In this document: positions 18,057 through 25,709 of the stretch, piece by piece
Layout: the number at the start of each line of letters is the position of its first letter
Position numbering within the stretch: position 1 is the first letter of the stretch
NCBI GenBank assembly: GCA_031426555.1
Contig: JANPLN010000071.1
Span: 1 to 53,907 of the forward strand
Direction of reading: 5' to 3'
Origin: Bdellovibrionales bacterium
GTDB lineage: Bacteria; Bdellovibrionota; Bdellovibrionia; Bdellovibrionales; JAGQZY01
DNA length: 53,907 nt
The notes under the pieces: model-generated
What the model was told of the DNA's origin: nothing
The model's database searches: none
What the model saw: only the letters and a program-made list of their open reading frames with translations
Translations under genes and position numbers: made by a program

Positions 18057-19916
18057 GTGTGCGGAATAGTTGGTTATTTGGGTGAAAAAAGCACAGTTGA
18101 CGTTTTGATTAACGGCCTCAAAAAGCTAGAGTATCGCGGTTATGATAGCTCTGGTATTGCCGTGTTTGAAAAAAATGAATTTAAGGTGATGCGCGCCCAG
18201 GGAAAATTGGTGCAGTTAGAAGAGAAAATAAAAGGCAACAAACCAGTGGGTCCCATTGGGATTGCTCACACGCGTTGGGCCACCCACGGTGTGCCCTCCG
18301 AAAAAAATGCCCATCCGCACAAGGTGGACGGCGTATGCTTAGTGCATAACGGGATTATCGAAAATTATAGTGAATTAAAGCAAGAGCTCCTCGCACTCGG
18401 TGCAGAATTTAGCTCCGACACGGACAGCGAAGTGGTTGCCCACCTGATTGCGCGCGAACTTAAAAAAACACCGAAGCTTCGCCAGGCAGTCTATGAAGTT
18501 TTAAAAAAAATCCAAGGAGCCTACGCTATTTTAGTAGTGTGGGATCAACAGCCACAAACCATGGTGGCCTTTAAAAACGGCCCGCCGCTCATCGTTGGGA
18601 TGGGTCAGGGTGAAATGTTTGTGGGAAGTGACGTGCAGGCCATGCTTCAGTACACAAAATCTGTGGTCTATCTGGAAGACAACGAGGTCGCAGAAATGAC
18701 CGAGAAGGGCGTGCAGTTTTACGGCGCCCTAGGTGAGCTTGTGCAAAAGACCACTTCGCACATTGAATGGAGTTCTGCCCAAGCCGAGAAAATGGGTTTT
18801 AAGCACTACATGCTCAAAGAGATCTTCGAACAACCCAAATCGGTATCCTCTGTTTTAGAGCAGTATGTGGATCTCGCCACACTCTCGGTGAATTTTGATA
18901 AGATGAGCGAAGCTCCGCTAAAAACCGCCATTGAATCCTTACAGCCATCGGACTTAAAAGATTTGGATCGAATTTTCATTATCGCTTGTGGGACGAGTTT
19001 TTATGCTTCGATGTACGCGGAGTATTTGATCGAAAAACTGGCCGGAGTGCCTGTGGAAGTGGATGTGGCGTCGGAGTTTAGATACCGCGAGCCAGTGATT
19101 CCAGCAAATTCGTTAGTCATGGTGATCTCGCAGAGCGGAGAAACAGCAGATACGTTGGCAGTGTTACGAATGGCCAAAGAACGCGGAGCTAAAACCTTAA
19201 GTTTAACAAACACCAAAGGTTCTACGATTGATCGTGAAGCCCGGGGACACTTGTACATGCATGCCGGTGTGGAAATTGGCGTCGCCAGCACCAAGGCGTT
19301 TATTAGCACTCTTGCGGTGGTAAACCTATTGGCGATTTTTTTGGCTCGGTTGCGGGGCTCCATGACTCACGAGCAGGAACAAAGTTATGTGCAAAATCTA
19401 TTAGCTCTCCCAAGTCAAATGGAAGCGGTTTTATCCTACGACAAGTTTTTTGCGAAAGCTTCCAGCGTATTTAAGGCCTACCGTGGATTTTTGTATCTAG
19501 GGCGTGGAATCAATTACCCCATCGCCATGGAAGGAGCTCTAAAGCTGAAAGAGCTCGCTTACATGCATGCCGAAGGCTACGCCGCCGGTGAAATGAAACA
19601 CGGACCACTGGCTTTGATTGATTCTACAATGCTGGTTGTTGTGATTTGTCCCAAGGATGCCCACTACGAAAAAACGCTCAGCAATCTGCAAGAGGCAAAA
19701 GCTCGAGGCGGAGTGATTGTTTCCATTGGCACGGGCGAAGATAAGAATTTGAAAGAGATGAGCCGAGAATACTTATCGCTTCCCAAAAGCGACTGGATGG
19801 CTTCGGGAATCTTATCAGTGATTCCTGTGCAATTGCTGGCTTATCATGTGGCGAACATTATGGGCTATGATGTGGACCAACCACGGAACTTGGCTAAATC
19901 AGTGACGGTGGAATAA
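18057..19916 (+). CDS. glmS: Glutamine-fructose-6-phosphate aminotransferase
   Basis: Start reassigned to GTG at 18057 (MCGIVG, catalytic Cys1) after an AAGGAG RBS; LEYRGYDS, HTRWATHG, PRNLAKSVTVE. Confidence 0.97.
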   Translation: MCGIVGYLGEKSTVDVLINGLKKLEYRGYDSSGIAVFEKNEFKVMRAQGKLVQLEEKIKGNKPVGPIGIAHTRWATHGVPSEKNAHPHKVDGVCLVHNGIIENYSELKQELLALGAEFSSDTDSEVVAHLIARELKKTPKLRQAVYEVLKKIQGAYAILVVWDQQPQTMVAFKNGPPLIVGMGQGEMFVGSDVQAMLQYTKSVVYLEDNEVAEMTEKGVQFYGALGELVQKTTSHIEWSSAQAEKMGFKHYMLKEIFEQPKSVSSVLEQYVDLATLSVNFDKMSEAPLKTAIESLQPSDLKDLDRIFIIACGTSFYASMYAEYLIEKLAGVPVEVDVASEFRYREPVIPANSLVMVISQSGETADTLAVLRMAKERGAKTLSLTNTKGSTIDREARGHLYMHAGVEIGVASTKAFISTLAVVNLLAIFLARLRGSMTHEQEQSYVQNLLALPSQMEAVLSYDKFFAKASSVFKAYRGFLYLGRGINYPIAMEGALKLKELAYMHAEGYAAGEMKHGPLALIDSTMLVVVICPKDAHYEKTLSNLQEAKARGGVIVSIGTGEDKNLKEMSREYLSLPKSDWMASGILSVIPVQLLAYHVANIMGYDVDQPRNLAKSVTVE

Positions 19917-20107
19917 CTTTTTATTGTTCTGGTTGGTTTTTTTAGATTTCTTCAAATTTGTAAATACTCTCTTTTTAATACGCGGACTCCATGTCCTCGC
20001 TCGTTTCGGCTGCGCCGATCGCGTCACGCTAACGAGAGGTATTAAAAAGAGAGTATTTACAAATTTGAAGAAATCTAAAAAAACCACCCAGAACAATAAA
20101 AAGTTAT
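19913..20107. repeat. 195-bp palindromic element: 69-bp inverted arms around a 57-bp GC-rich branched core
   Basis: 19913-19981 is the reverse complement of 20039-20107 with one mismatch; lies between convergent genes. Confidence 0.95.
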
Positions 20108-20124
20108 CAACACAGTTAGTGTAT

Positions 20125-21138
20125 CTACTTTTTAAGTTTCTTTTTTGTTGGTTGGGTTTTGGGTGAAGATTTTGCAAAGGGTTTGGCCGTTTTTACTTCA
20201 ACCTTTTGGGTTGATTTGAGTTCGGTCTTTGATGCTGTTTTTAGCTCGAGTTTTGTTACCGCTTTTACTGGGTCTTTTGGGGTGCTTAGGAGTTTTTCTG
20301 TGGCGGTGCGGGCGGCTTTTTTGCGGGCTTCGATTTTTTTGATGGTTTTTACCTTTTCTGTTTCTTCTTTTGAAGCTATTACGGGGCGTTCGTAGATGTG
20401 GAAATGTTCTGTAAAGAGGTTGTTGGCGCGATTTACCGAATTGGAAATCCAGTGTTTAGTGGCCTGCGAAGACTGATAAGCCATGCCAGAGAATTCGTTG
20501 CCGCCAAAGAATGTCTGAATCATTTTTATTGCTTGTTTGTTGCTGCTTTTTATAAAACTCAAGGTAGTGCGTTTTGTTGACTGAGCTGTATTTTTCAAAA
20601 GTTTATGAAGATCTTTGAGTTCGAAAAATTCGGCAACAAGACCCGTCATCAATTTAAAAGCGAGTATTACAACAATGGATCCATAAATTCCGGCCACAGA
20701 GTAGAGGCCTTTGGCGATGAATGATCCGATCATTCCGCCGGCACCGTAAGGTAAACTTTCAGACACTGGAATTTCGAGAGCAAACTGAATAATAGATAAG
20801 AGATTTGCAAATAGCGTTAGTAAAATAAGATGGGCCAGGGCCGAGTAAGCTAAGATAGGGTATTCTCGTTTTAAATCGTTAAAGTTAAAGATGTGAAAGT
20901 TTGCGATGGAACCTAAGTGAAGTGCTGCGAAGGCGAGGTAAAAGAAACCGTAGCCGAAGGCGGAAAAGAATCCGCGATCGATAGAAGCACCAAAGGAACC
21001 AATCACCAACTCGAGACCTGAACTCCCAAGTGCGAGGTACGAAATGCCGCTGATGAACACCGAAAAGGCTAAGAGAAGACTCGAAAAAAATACGATCTCT
21101 TGAATTTGTCCTTCGATTTGATTTTTAAGTTTGTACAT
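20125..21138 (-). CDS. Stand-alone FtsK-4TM-like membrane protein with Lys-rich tail and no motor domain
   Basis: Several TM helices with IGSFGA and GAGGMIG motifs resembling the FtsK N-terminal domain; basic low-complexity C-terminus; no Walker A. Confidence 0.6.
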   Translation of the reverse strand: MYKLKNQIEGQIQEIVFFSSLLLAFSVFISGISYLALGSSGLELVIGSFGASIDRGFFSAFGYGFFYLAFAALHLGSIANFHIFNFNDLKREYPILAYSALAHLILLTLFANLLSIIQFALEIPVSESLPYGAGGMIGSFIAKGLYSVAGIYGSIVVILAFKLMTGLVAEFFELKDLHKLLKNTAQSTKRTTLSFIKSSNKQAIKMIQTFFGGNEFSGMAYQSSQATKHWISNSVNRANNLFTEHFHIYERPVIASKEETEKVKTIKKIEARKKAARTATEKLLSTPKDPVKAVTKLELKTASKTELKSTQKVEVKTAKPFAKSSPKTQPTKKKLKK

Positions 21139-21176
21139 GTTTAATCCTCGTTAAAAATTTCGTCCACTGCTTATTT

Positions 21177-21192
21177 TGCAATTCTAGGGCCT
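21177..21192 (-). promoter_or_regulatory. sigma-54 promoter
   Basis: AGGCCC-TAGAA-TTGCA; palindrome GTGACAAAATTTGTCGC at 21260-21276 could be its enhancer. Confidence 0.5.
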
Positions 21193-21301
21193 GATTCAAC
21201 TTCAATTTACACAAGGAAAGCTTTAAAAAACGCGTAAATGCGCACTTCGCAGAGCTCAAGTGACAAAATTTGTCGCGAGAGCCAGTGAAAGCGCTGTGAG
21301 T

Positions 21302-21733
21302 TTATTGTCCAATGAACAGTGTGCGAGTTTCTTTATCTACGGTAAATGGAACGTAAAATTCGATGGTTTCGGCACTGCCGAAAGCGCGGTGAATGCTGTT
21401 CACTTTTCCGATGACCTGTTGATTCAATACGATGTTTCCTGTTTGATAAACGATCGTTACATTTCGTAATTCCGGAGCGGTGACGTCGTCGTCCATAAAC
21501 CAAGGGACTAAGAGGTCGTAAGCGTTGCGTTTTCCCTGGTAGAACTCGGTAAAACTACAAGTCACAGAACCGCGCCGACAAAGCACTCGGGCATGAACAT
21601 TTGAGGACTTGCCTTCGGCATCCACCATCACGCCTTCAGAAAAAAGATTAAAATTTGAAGACAAAGCAATCGCGAAGGCAAATTGTTGCGTAAAAAGAAT
21701 ACTGAAGAATAGAATTAAAGTTTTAATAGCCAT
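21302..21733 (-). CDS. Secreted hypothetical protein
   Basis: Signal peptide ending AFA; AAGGA RBS. Confidence 0.65.
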   Translation of the reverse strand: MAIKTLILFFSILFTQQFAFAIALSSNFNLFSEGVMVDAEGKSSNVHARVLCRRGSVTCSFTEFYQGKRNAYDLLVPWFMDDDVTAPELRNVTIVYQTGNIVLNQQVIGKVNSIHRAFGSAETIEFYVPFTVDKETRTLFIGQ

Positions 21734-21783
21734 GATTTTTCCTTTTCAAGTTGAATTGGTTTGTGCAACTCTCAAAGAACATA

Positions 21784-21799
21784 AGCAAAACCCAAGCCA
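21784..21799 (-). promoter_or_regulatory. sigma-54 promoter
   Basis: TGGCTT-GGGTT-TTGCT upstream of the ATG at 21733. Confidence 0.55.
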
Positions 21800-21811
21800 G
21801 CTTAAAAGGCT

Positions 21812-22933
21812 TTAAAAGCTCTCATTTTCATGCGCGCGCACATGATCTGCCGCTTTTAAGCGAAGGTCTTCGAGTTCGGCATCGCTGAGCTCGGGCAGTG
21901 GGCGAAACCTTAACGGCCGTGCCGCTTTATCAAAGTCCCCGGCTTGATAGGACGCAATCGAAGCCTTGTTAGTCTCTAAAAATTCCACGAGATCTTTGTA
22001 AACTACGCAGCGCACTTCGGGCTTTGAACAAACACTCTTCGCAAAACTCATCATCGCTTTCCAATAGGCACCGCCATTCCATTGCGAGAAGTGATGGCCG
22101 ATGTGAAGGGGCGCTCGGTTGCCAAAATAGTTGTTGTTAAAGTAGCCCATATAAGTGTCGTACATTTGCTGCTCGTAGAGTGTATGCTTAGAGGCGGGAG
22201 CTGCTTCTCCACCAGATTGGCCAACGTAAAAATTGTAGTCCATGCTGAGAGTTTTTTTCTTAGTGCCTGCGATGGTGAGACCAACGAGAGGAAAGTTCCA
22301 AAGATTGTTGAGTTGTTGTGGCCAGTAATTCATGCGATCCACGCGACTGGCGTCGTAAACATAACTGTTGTTTTGCAAAGAGGACCAAAGACCATTGCCT
22401 TTGCCCAAAAGTGGCGCGCGAAATCCCCAAACATGATTTTTAAAATAGTCGTCCCAGCCATTGGGTTTTTGCGTGGCAATGCCGCTGTGGCTCCACGCAT
22501 TCGTCATCAGTGCTGTAAACTGTGCAAACTCACTGTCCCACATGGACTCAGTGTAATCACTTCCATCGTAGTGGGCATTGCCGTGGGAACCTAATTCGTT
22601 ACCTTCGCCCATGGCGAGGACCATTTGCTGCAATCGCAGTTGAATATTTTCTTTTTTTCCACCAAAACCAATAGCACTCTTACCAGCTCCATAGCGAGGT
22701 TCTTTGTAAGTGCTTTTACTGGAATCCGCTAAAAAATAGACGCCGCTGGCAAAGTACGTAAAGTTGATATTATTTTTAGCGGCGAAATCCCGTGAGTCTT
22801 TCCAAAAGGAAACAGTCTTTGAGCCATCAAACGACAGCATTACAAACTGCGGAGGCCGTTGCACCTTTGCGTGAGCAGTGGGCAGCCAAAATACAAAACT
22901 AAAAACTGTGCAACAGAAAATAAAAATCTTCAT
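21812..22933 (-). CDS. Secreted polysaccharide/peptidoglycan deacetylase (NodB/CE4-like)
   Basis: Signal peptide; RPPQFVMLSFDG, ELGSHGNAH, GFRAPLL, YDAS, NRAPLHIGHH motifs. Confidence 0.82.
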   Translation of the reverse strand: MKIFIFCCTVFSFVFWLPTAHAKVQRPPQFVMLSFDGSKTVSFWKDSRDFAAKNNINFTYFASGVYFLADSSKSTYKEPRYGAGKSAIGFGGKKENIQLRLQQMVLAMGEGNELGSHGNAHYDGSDYTESMWDSEFAQFTALMTNAWSHSGIATQKPNGWDDYFKNHVWGFRAPLLGKGNGLWSSLQNNSYVYDASRVDRMNYWPQQLNNLWNFPLVGLTIAGTKKKTLSMDYNFYVGQSGGEAAPASKHTLYEQQMYDTYMGYFNNNYFGNRAPLHIGHHFSQWNGGAYWKAMMSFAKSVCSKPEVRCVVYKDLVEFLETNKASIASYQAGDFDKAARPLRFRPLPELSDAELEDLRLKAADHVRAHENESF

Positions 22934-23049
22934 GGATTCTCCCCGTTAAGTACCCCGACGATTGGATACTACAAAGGGCTTCCTTAAGCAAGAAGCTGGA
23001 CTTCAGTGCCAGGCAAAAAGTGCCGACACTCAGGCATGTGGAGGCATCT

Positions 23050-23754
23050 ATGAAAATCATCATGTTTTTAATTATTTTTATCAGCGGCACCAACGTTTTT
23101 GCCGAAAACCCTGATCGTGAAAGCTGGGCTAAGATAGAAGCCGCGCGACAAAAAATTGCTCAAGAATTTGCCGATGTGGTGGAACCCACTCAACTTTTCG
23201 AAAAACAAGCTGAGCGCGCCCTTTCGGGTTACAACCACCTGGACCCGTATCACCGGGTTCCTTCAAATCTGCTCGCTAGCGCAGTTTTGTATTTTGACAA
23301 AAACAAAACAAAGTTTAAAAACCAAAATTACATCACCGTGGTGGACTTTTCTCCGCGCTCCAACAACTATCGATTATTTATCATCAATTTAAAAACAGGT
23401 TCTGTTCAACGCTATCGCACAACTCACGGGGAGGGCAGCGATGCCAACCGCGATGGCTACGCCGAGTCCTTTGGTAATGTGCCGGGCTCTCGCAAGAGTT
23501 CACTGGGTTACGCGCGAACCGCCGAAGTTTATTACGGCAAGTTTGGACGCTCTCTTCGTTTGGATGGATTATCCTCGACGAATTCTAAGATGCGCGAACG
23601 GGCCGTGGTCTTTCATGGTTGGGCACCAGTGGTCGAAGCCAATCAACTTCAACCGCTCTCCTATGGCTGCGTGACGATTGCTACTGATTTTAGGGACGCA
23701 GTGATTGATCAAATCAAAAATGGCAGTTTAATGCTCGTTCATCTGTCTCAGTAA
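23050..23754 (+). CDS. Murein L,D-transpeptidase catalytic-domain protein (YkuD-like)
   Basis: Signal peptide from ATG 23050 (GGAGG RBS); VVDFS, HGEGS, SSLG, LRLDGL and HG...SYGC catalytic motifs. Confidence 0.85.
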   Translation: MKIIMFLIIFISGTNVFAENPDRESWAKIEAARQKIAQEFADVVEPTQLFEKQAERALSGYNHLDPYHRVPSNLLASAVLYFDKNKTKFKNQNYITVVDFSPRSNNYRLFIINLKTGSVQRYRTTHGEGSDANRDGYAESFGNVPGSRKSSLGYARTAEVYYGKFGRSLRLDGLSSTNSKMRERAVVFHGWAPVVEANQLQPLSYGCVTIATDFRDAVIDQIKNGSLMLVHLSQ

Positions 23755-23787
23755 CAAAATATCGCTCAAGCGGATTTTGCAATGAAC

Positions 23788-24108
23788 CTACTTGTGAATC
23801 AGTTGAATGCGCTGAACCCAGTTGGTGCCTTGGTGCTGATTTACTTTTGTTCTAATTTCATCGAGAAAAAAGCGAATTTCGTTGAGCCACACACTATTAG
23901 TCACTTCTACAATCAGCGTTCCGTTGTCAAAATTGACGGGACGTGAGTGCTTAGCCAAAGTGTCGCCAACCACAGTCTGCCATTGGCTTTCCAGCTTCCA
24001 GCGCTGAAACCCATCGGCCAGCGGAGACTTGCTATTTTCGAAAAGTCTTTGTAGGACATCTACAACGGCGGCAGGTTTTTGTGAGGGTCGCTTTTTGGAT
24101 TTTTCCAT
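23788..24108 (-). CDS. dciA: DUF721 / DciA-family protein
   Basis: 'WQTVVGDTLAKHSRP...GTLIVEVTNSVWLNE' pattern typical of DUF721; start taken at ATG 24108. Confidence 0.75.
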   Translation of the reverse strand: MEKSKKRPSQKPAAVVDVLQRLFENSKSPLADGFQRWKLESQWQTVVGDTLAKHSRPVNFDNGTLIVEVTNSVWLNEIRFFLDEIRTKVNQHQGTNWVQRIQLIHK

Positions 24109-24127
24109 GACCCATAAGGTATAATAC

Positions 24128-25501
24128 ATGTTAAAAAAAAATAAAACTATTCATGTGGTTGGAGCGGGCCTTGCCGGCTCAGAATGTGCTTATCAGCTAG
24201 CAGAGCGCGGATATGACGTGGTTATTTACGAAATGCGCCCCGGCACGATGACGCCCGCCCACAAAACTCACAAAGCTGCAGAATTAGTTTGTTCCAACTC
24301 CTTTGGCAGTTACGCCTTGGCGTCCGCACCCGGCCAACTCAAATGGGAGGCGGAACGCTTAGGTTCGCTGATTTTAAAAAGTGGTTGGCAATCGCAAGTT
24401 CCCGCAGGACAAGCCTTGGGAATGGATCGCGAAAAGTTTTCGCAACTGGTGACCGATGCTCTCGAAAGTCATCCTCGCATTCAACGAAAAGCCGAGGCTG
24501 TCACAGCCATCGATCTAGTTCCGCGTCCTTGCGTTTTAGCCACTGGGCCCTTGACCCACGAACCCCTAGCGCAGTCTTTGCTCTCTCACTTTGGCGATCA
24601 GTTTTTATATTTTTACGATGCCATCGCGCCCATCGTTTCCACAGACTCCATCGATATGACCAAAGCGTGGAAGGCCAGTCGTTGGGACAAGGGCACAAGC
24701 GATTACATCAATTGCCCCATGAACAAAGAGCAGTACGATCTTTTTATAAGCGAAATTATTAAGGCCGAAAAGGTGGAACCCAAAGAGTTCGAAAAAGACA
24801 CGCCATTTTTTGAGGGTTGTATGCCCATCGAAGAGATGGTGCGACGGGGACCCGAAACTTTGCGCTTTGGTCCCATGAAGCCCATTGGTTTAACCAACCC
24901 CCACACGGGTCAGCGGGCCCACGCCGTGGTGCAACTTCGCCAAGACAACACTGAGGGCACAGCCTACAACTTGGTGGGTTTTCAAACCAAAATGAAATAC
25001 CCCGAGCAAAAGCGTATTTTCAAAATGATTCCAGGTTTAGAAAATGTCGAATTTTTAAAATTGGGAAGCATTCATCGCAATATGTATGTGAACTCGCCCA
25101 AGCGCCTCAACACCGATCTTTCCAGTCGCAATGACAGCGAACTTTACTTGGCCGGGCAAATCACCGGCGTGGAAGGCTATTTTGAATCGGCGTGCATCGG
25201 TTTATTGGTGGCACATTTTATCGATCAGAAACTGCAGGATCGTCCGTTCAACCCACCACCGCGGGAATCGGCGTTGGGCTCCATTCTTCACGCCATCACC
25301 CTGGAAGAAAAAGAAAACTTTCAGCCGACGAATATCAACTTTGGACTTTTCCCGGCAGCGCCTGAGAAAATGAAAAAAGATCTAAAAAAAGAGTTTATTC
25401 TCAACCGCGCCAAAGACGCCTTCCAACAGTGGTTGCTGCAAGAGCCGGCTTTCACCTCGGTGACGGAATCCGTCCTCGAAGGCAAATCTCAACAGCTTTA
25501 A
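24128..25501 (+). CDS. trmFO: Folate/FAD-dependent tRNA m5U54 methyltransferase
   Basis: VVGAGLAGSE, ELVCSNS, YFYDAIAP, FEGCMPIE, AGQITGVEGY motifs. Confidence 0.95.
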   Translation: MLKKNKTIHVVGAGLAGSECAYQLAERGYDVVIYEMRPGTMTPAHKTHKAAELVCSNSFGSYALASAPGQLKWEAERLGSLILKSGWQSQVPAGQALGMDREKFSQLVTDALESHPRIQRKAEAVTAIDLVPRPCVLATGPLTHEPLAQSLLSHFGDQFLYFYDAIAPIVSTDSIDMTKAWKASRWDKGTSDYINCPMNKEQYDLFISEIIKAEKVEPKEFEKDTPFFEGCMPIEEMVRRGPETLRFGPMKPIGLTNPHTGQRAHAVVQLRQDNTEGTAYNLVGFQTKMKYPEQKRIFKMIPGLENVEFLKLGSIHRNMYVNSPKRLNTDLSSRNDSELYLAGQITGVEGYFESACIGLLVAHFIDQKLQDRPFNPPPRESALGSILHAITLEEKENFQPTNINFGLFPAAPEKMKKDLKKEFILNRAKDAFQQWLLQEPAFTSVTESVLEGKSQQL

Positions 25502-25515
25502 GCCTTAAGTCGAGT

Positions 25516-25580
25516 GTCTCATACTGAGACGAAAGAATGAGATTTAAGCCCAGCCCGCATTTTATTTATCATGCTGAGAC
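25516..25580. promoter_or_regulatory. Tandem GTCTCA-N3-TGAGAC-type sites
   Basis: GTCTCATACTGAGAC at 25516-25530 and partial TTATCATGCTGAGAC at 25566-25580, 50 bp apart. Confidence 0.5.
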
Positions 25581-25653
25581 ACTTTTTGTTACACTGTGAG
25601 TGTTCGGGAGGACTTCCATGATGGGCGCTTCTAAGAACTAGACCCAATTTGTC

Positions 25654-25681
25654 TATATTTCTTAAGATGATCGGTCGATAG
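25654..25681 (+). promoter_or_regulatory. Possible sigma-28 (FliA) promoter
   Basis: TATA-N16-GTCGATAG versus consensus TAAA-N15-GCCGATAA. Confidence 0.4.
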
Positions 25682-25709
25682 TAGGGATAAGGGCTAAAGG
25701 AGACTTGCT

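Noticed and set aside
19899..20177. ORFs 19899-20177(-) and 19924-20166(+) with near-identical peptide segments
   Set aside because: The similarity results from the inverted repeat; no RBS or protein-like features.
19917..23754. Tn7-like transposon downstream of glmS
   Set aside because: No tns genes, no TnsB-site arrays and no 5-bp target duplication; the TGT/ACA seen is just part of the palindrome.
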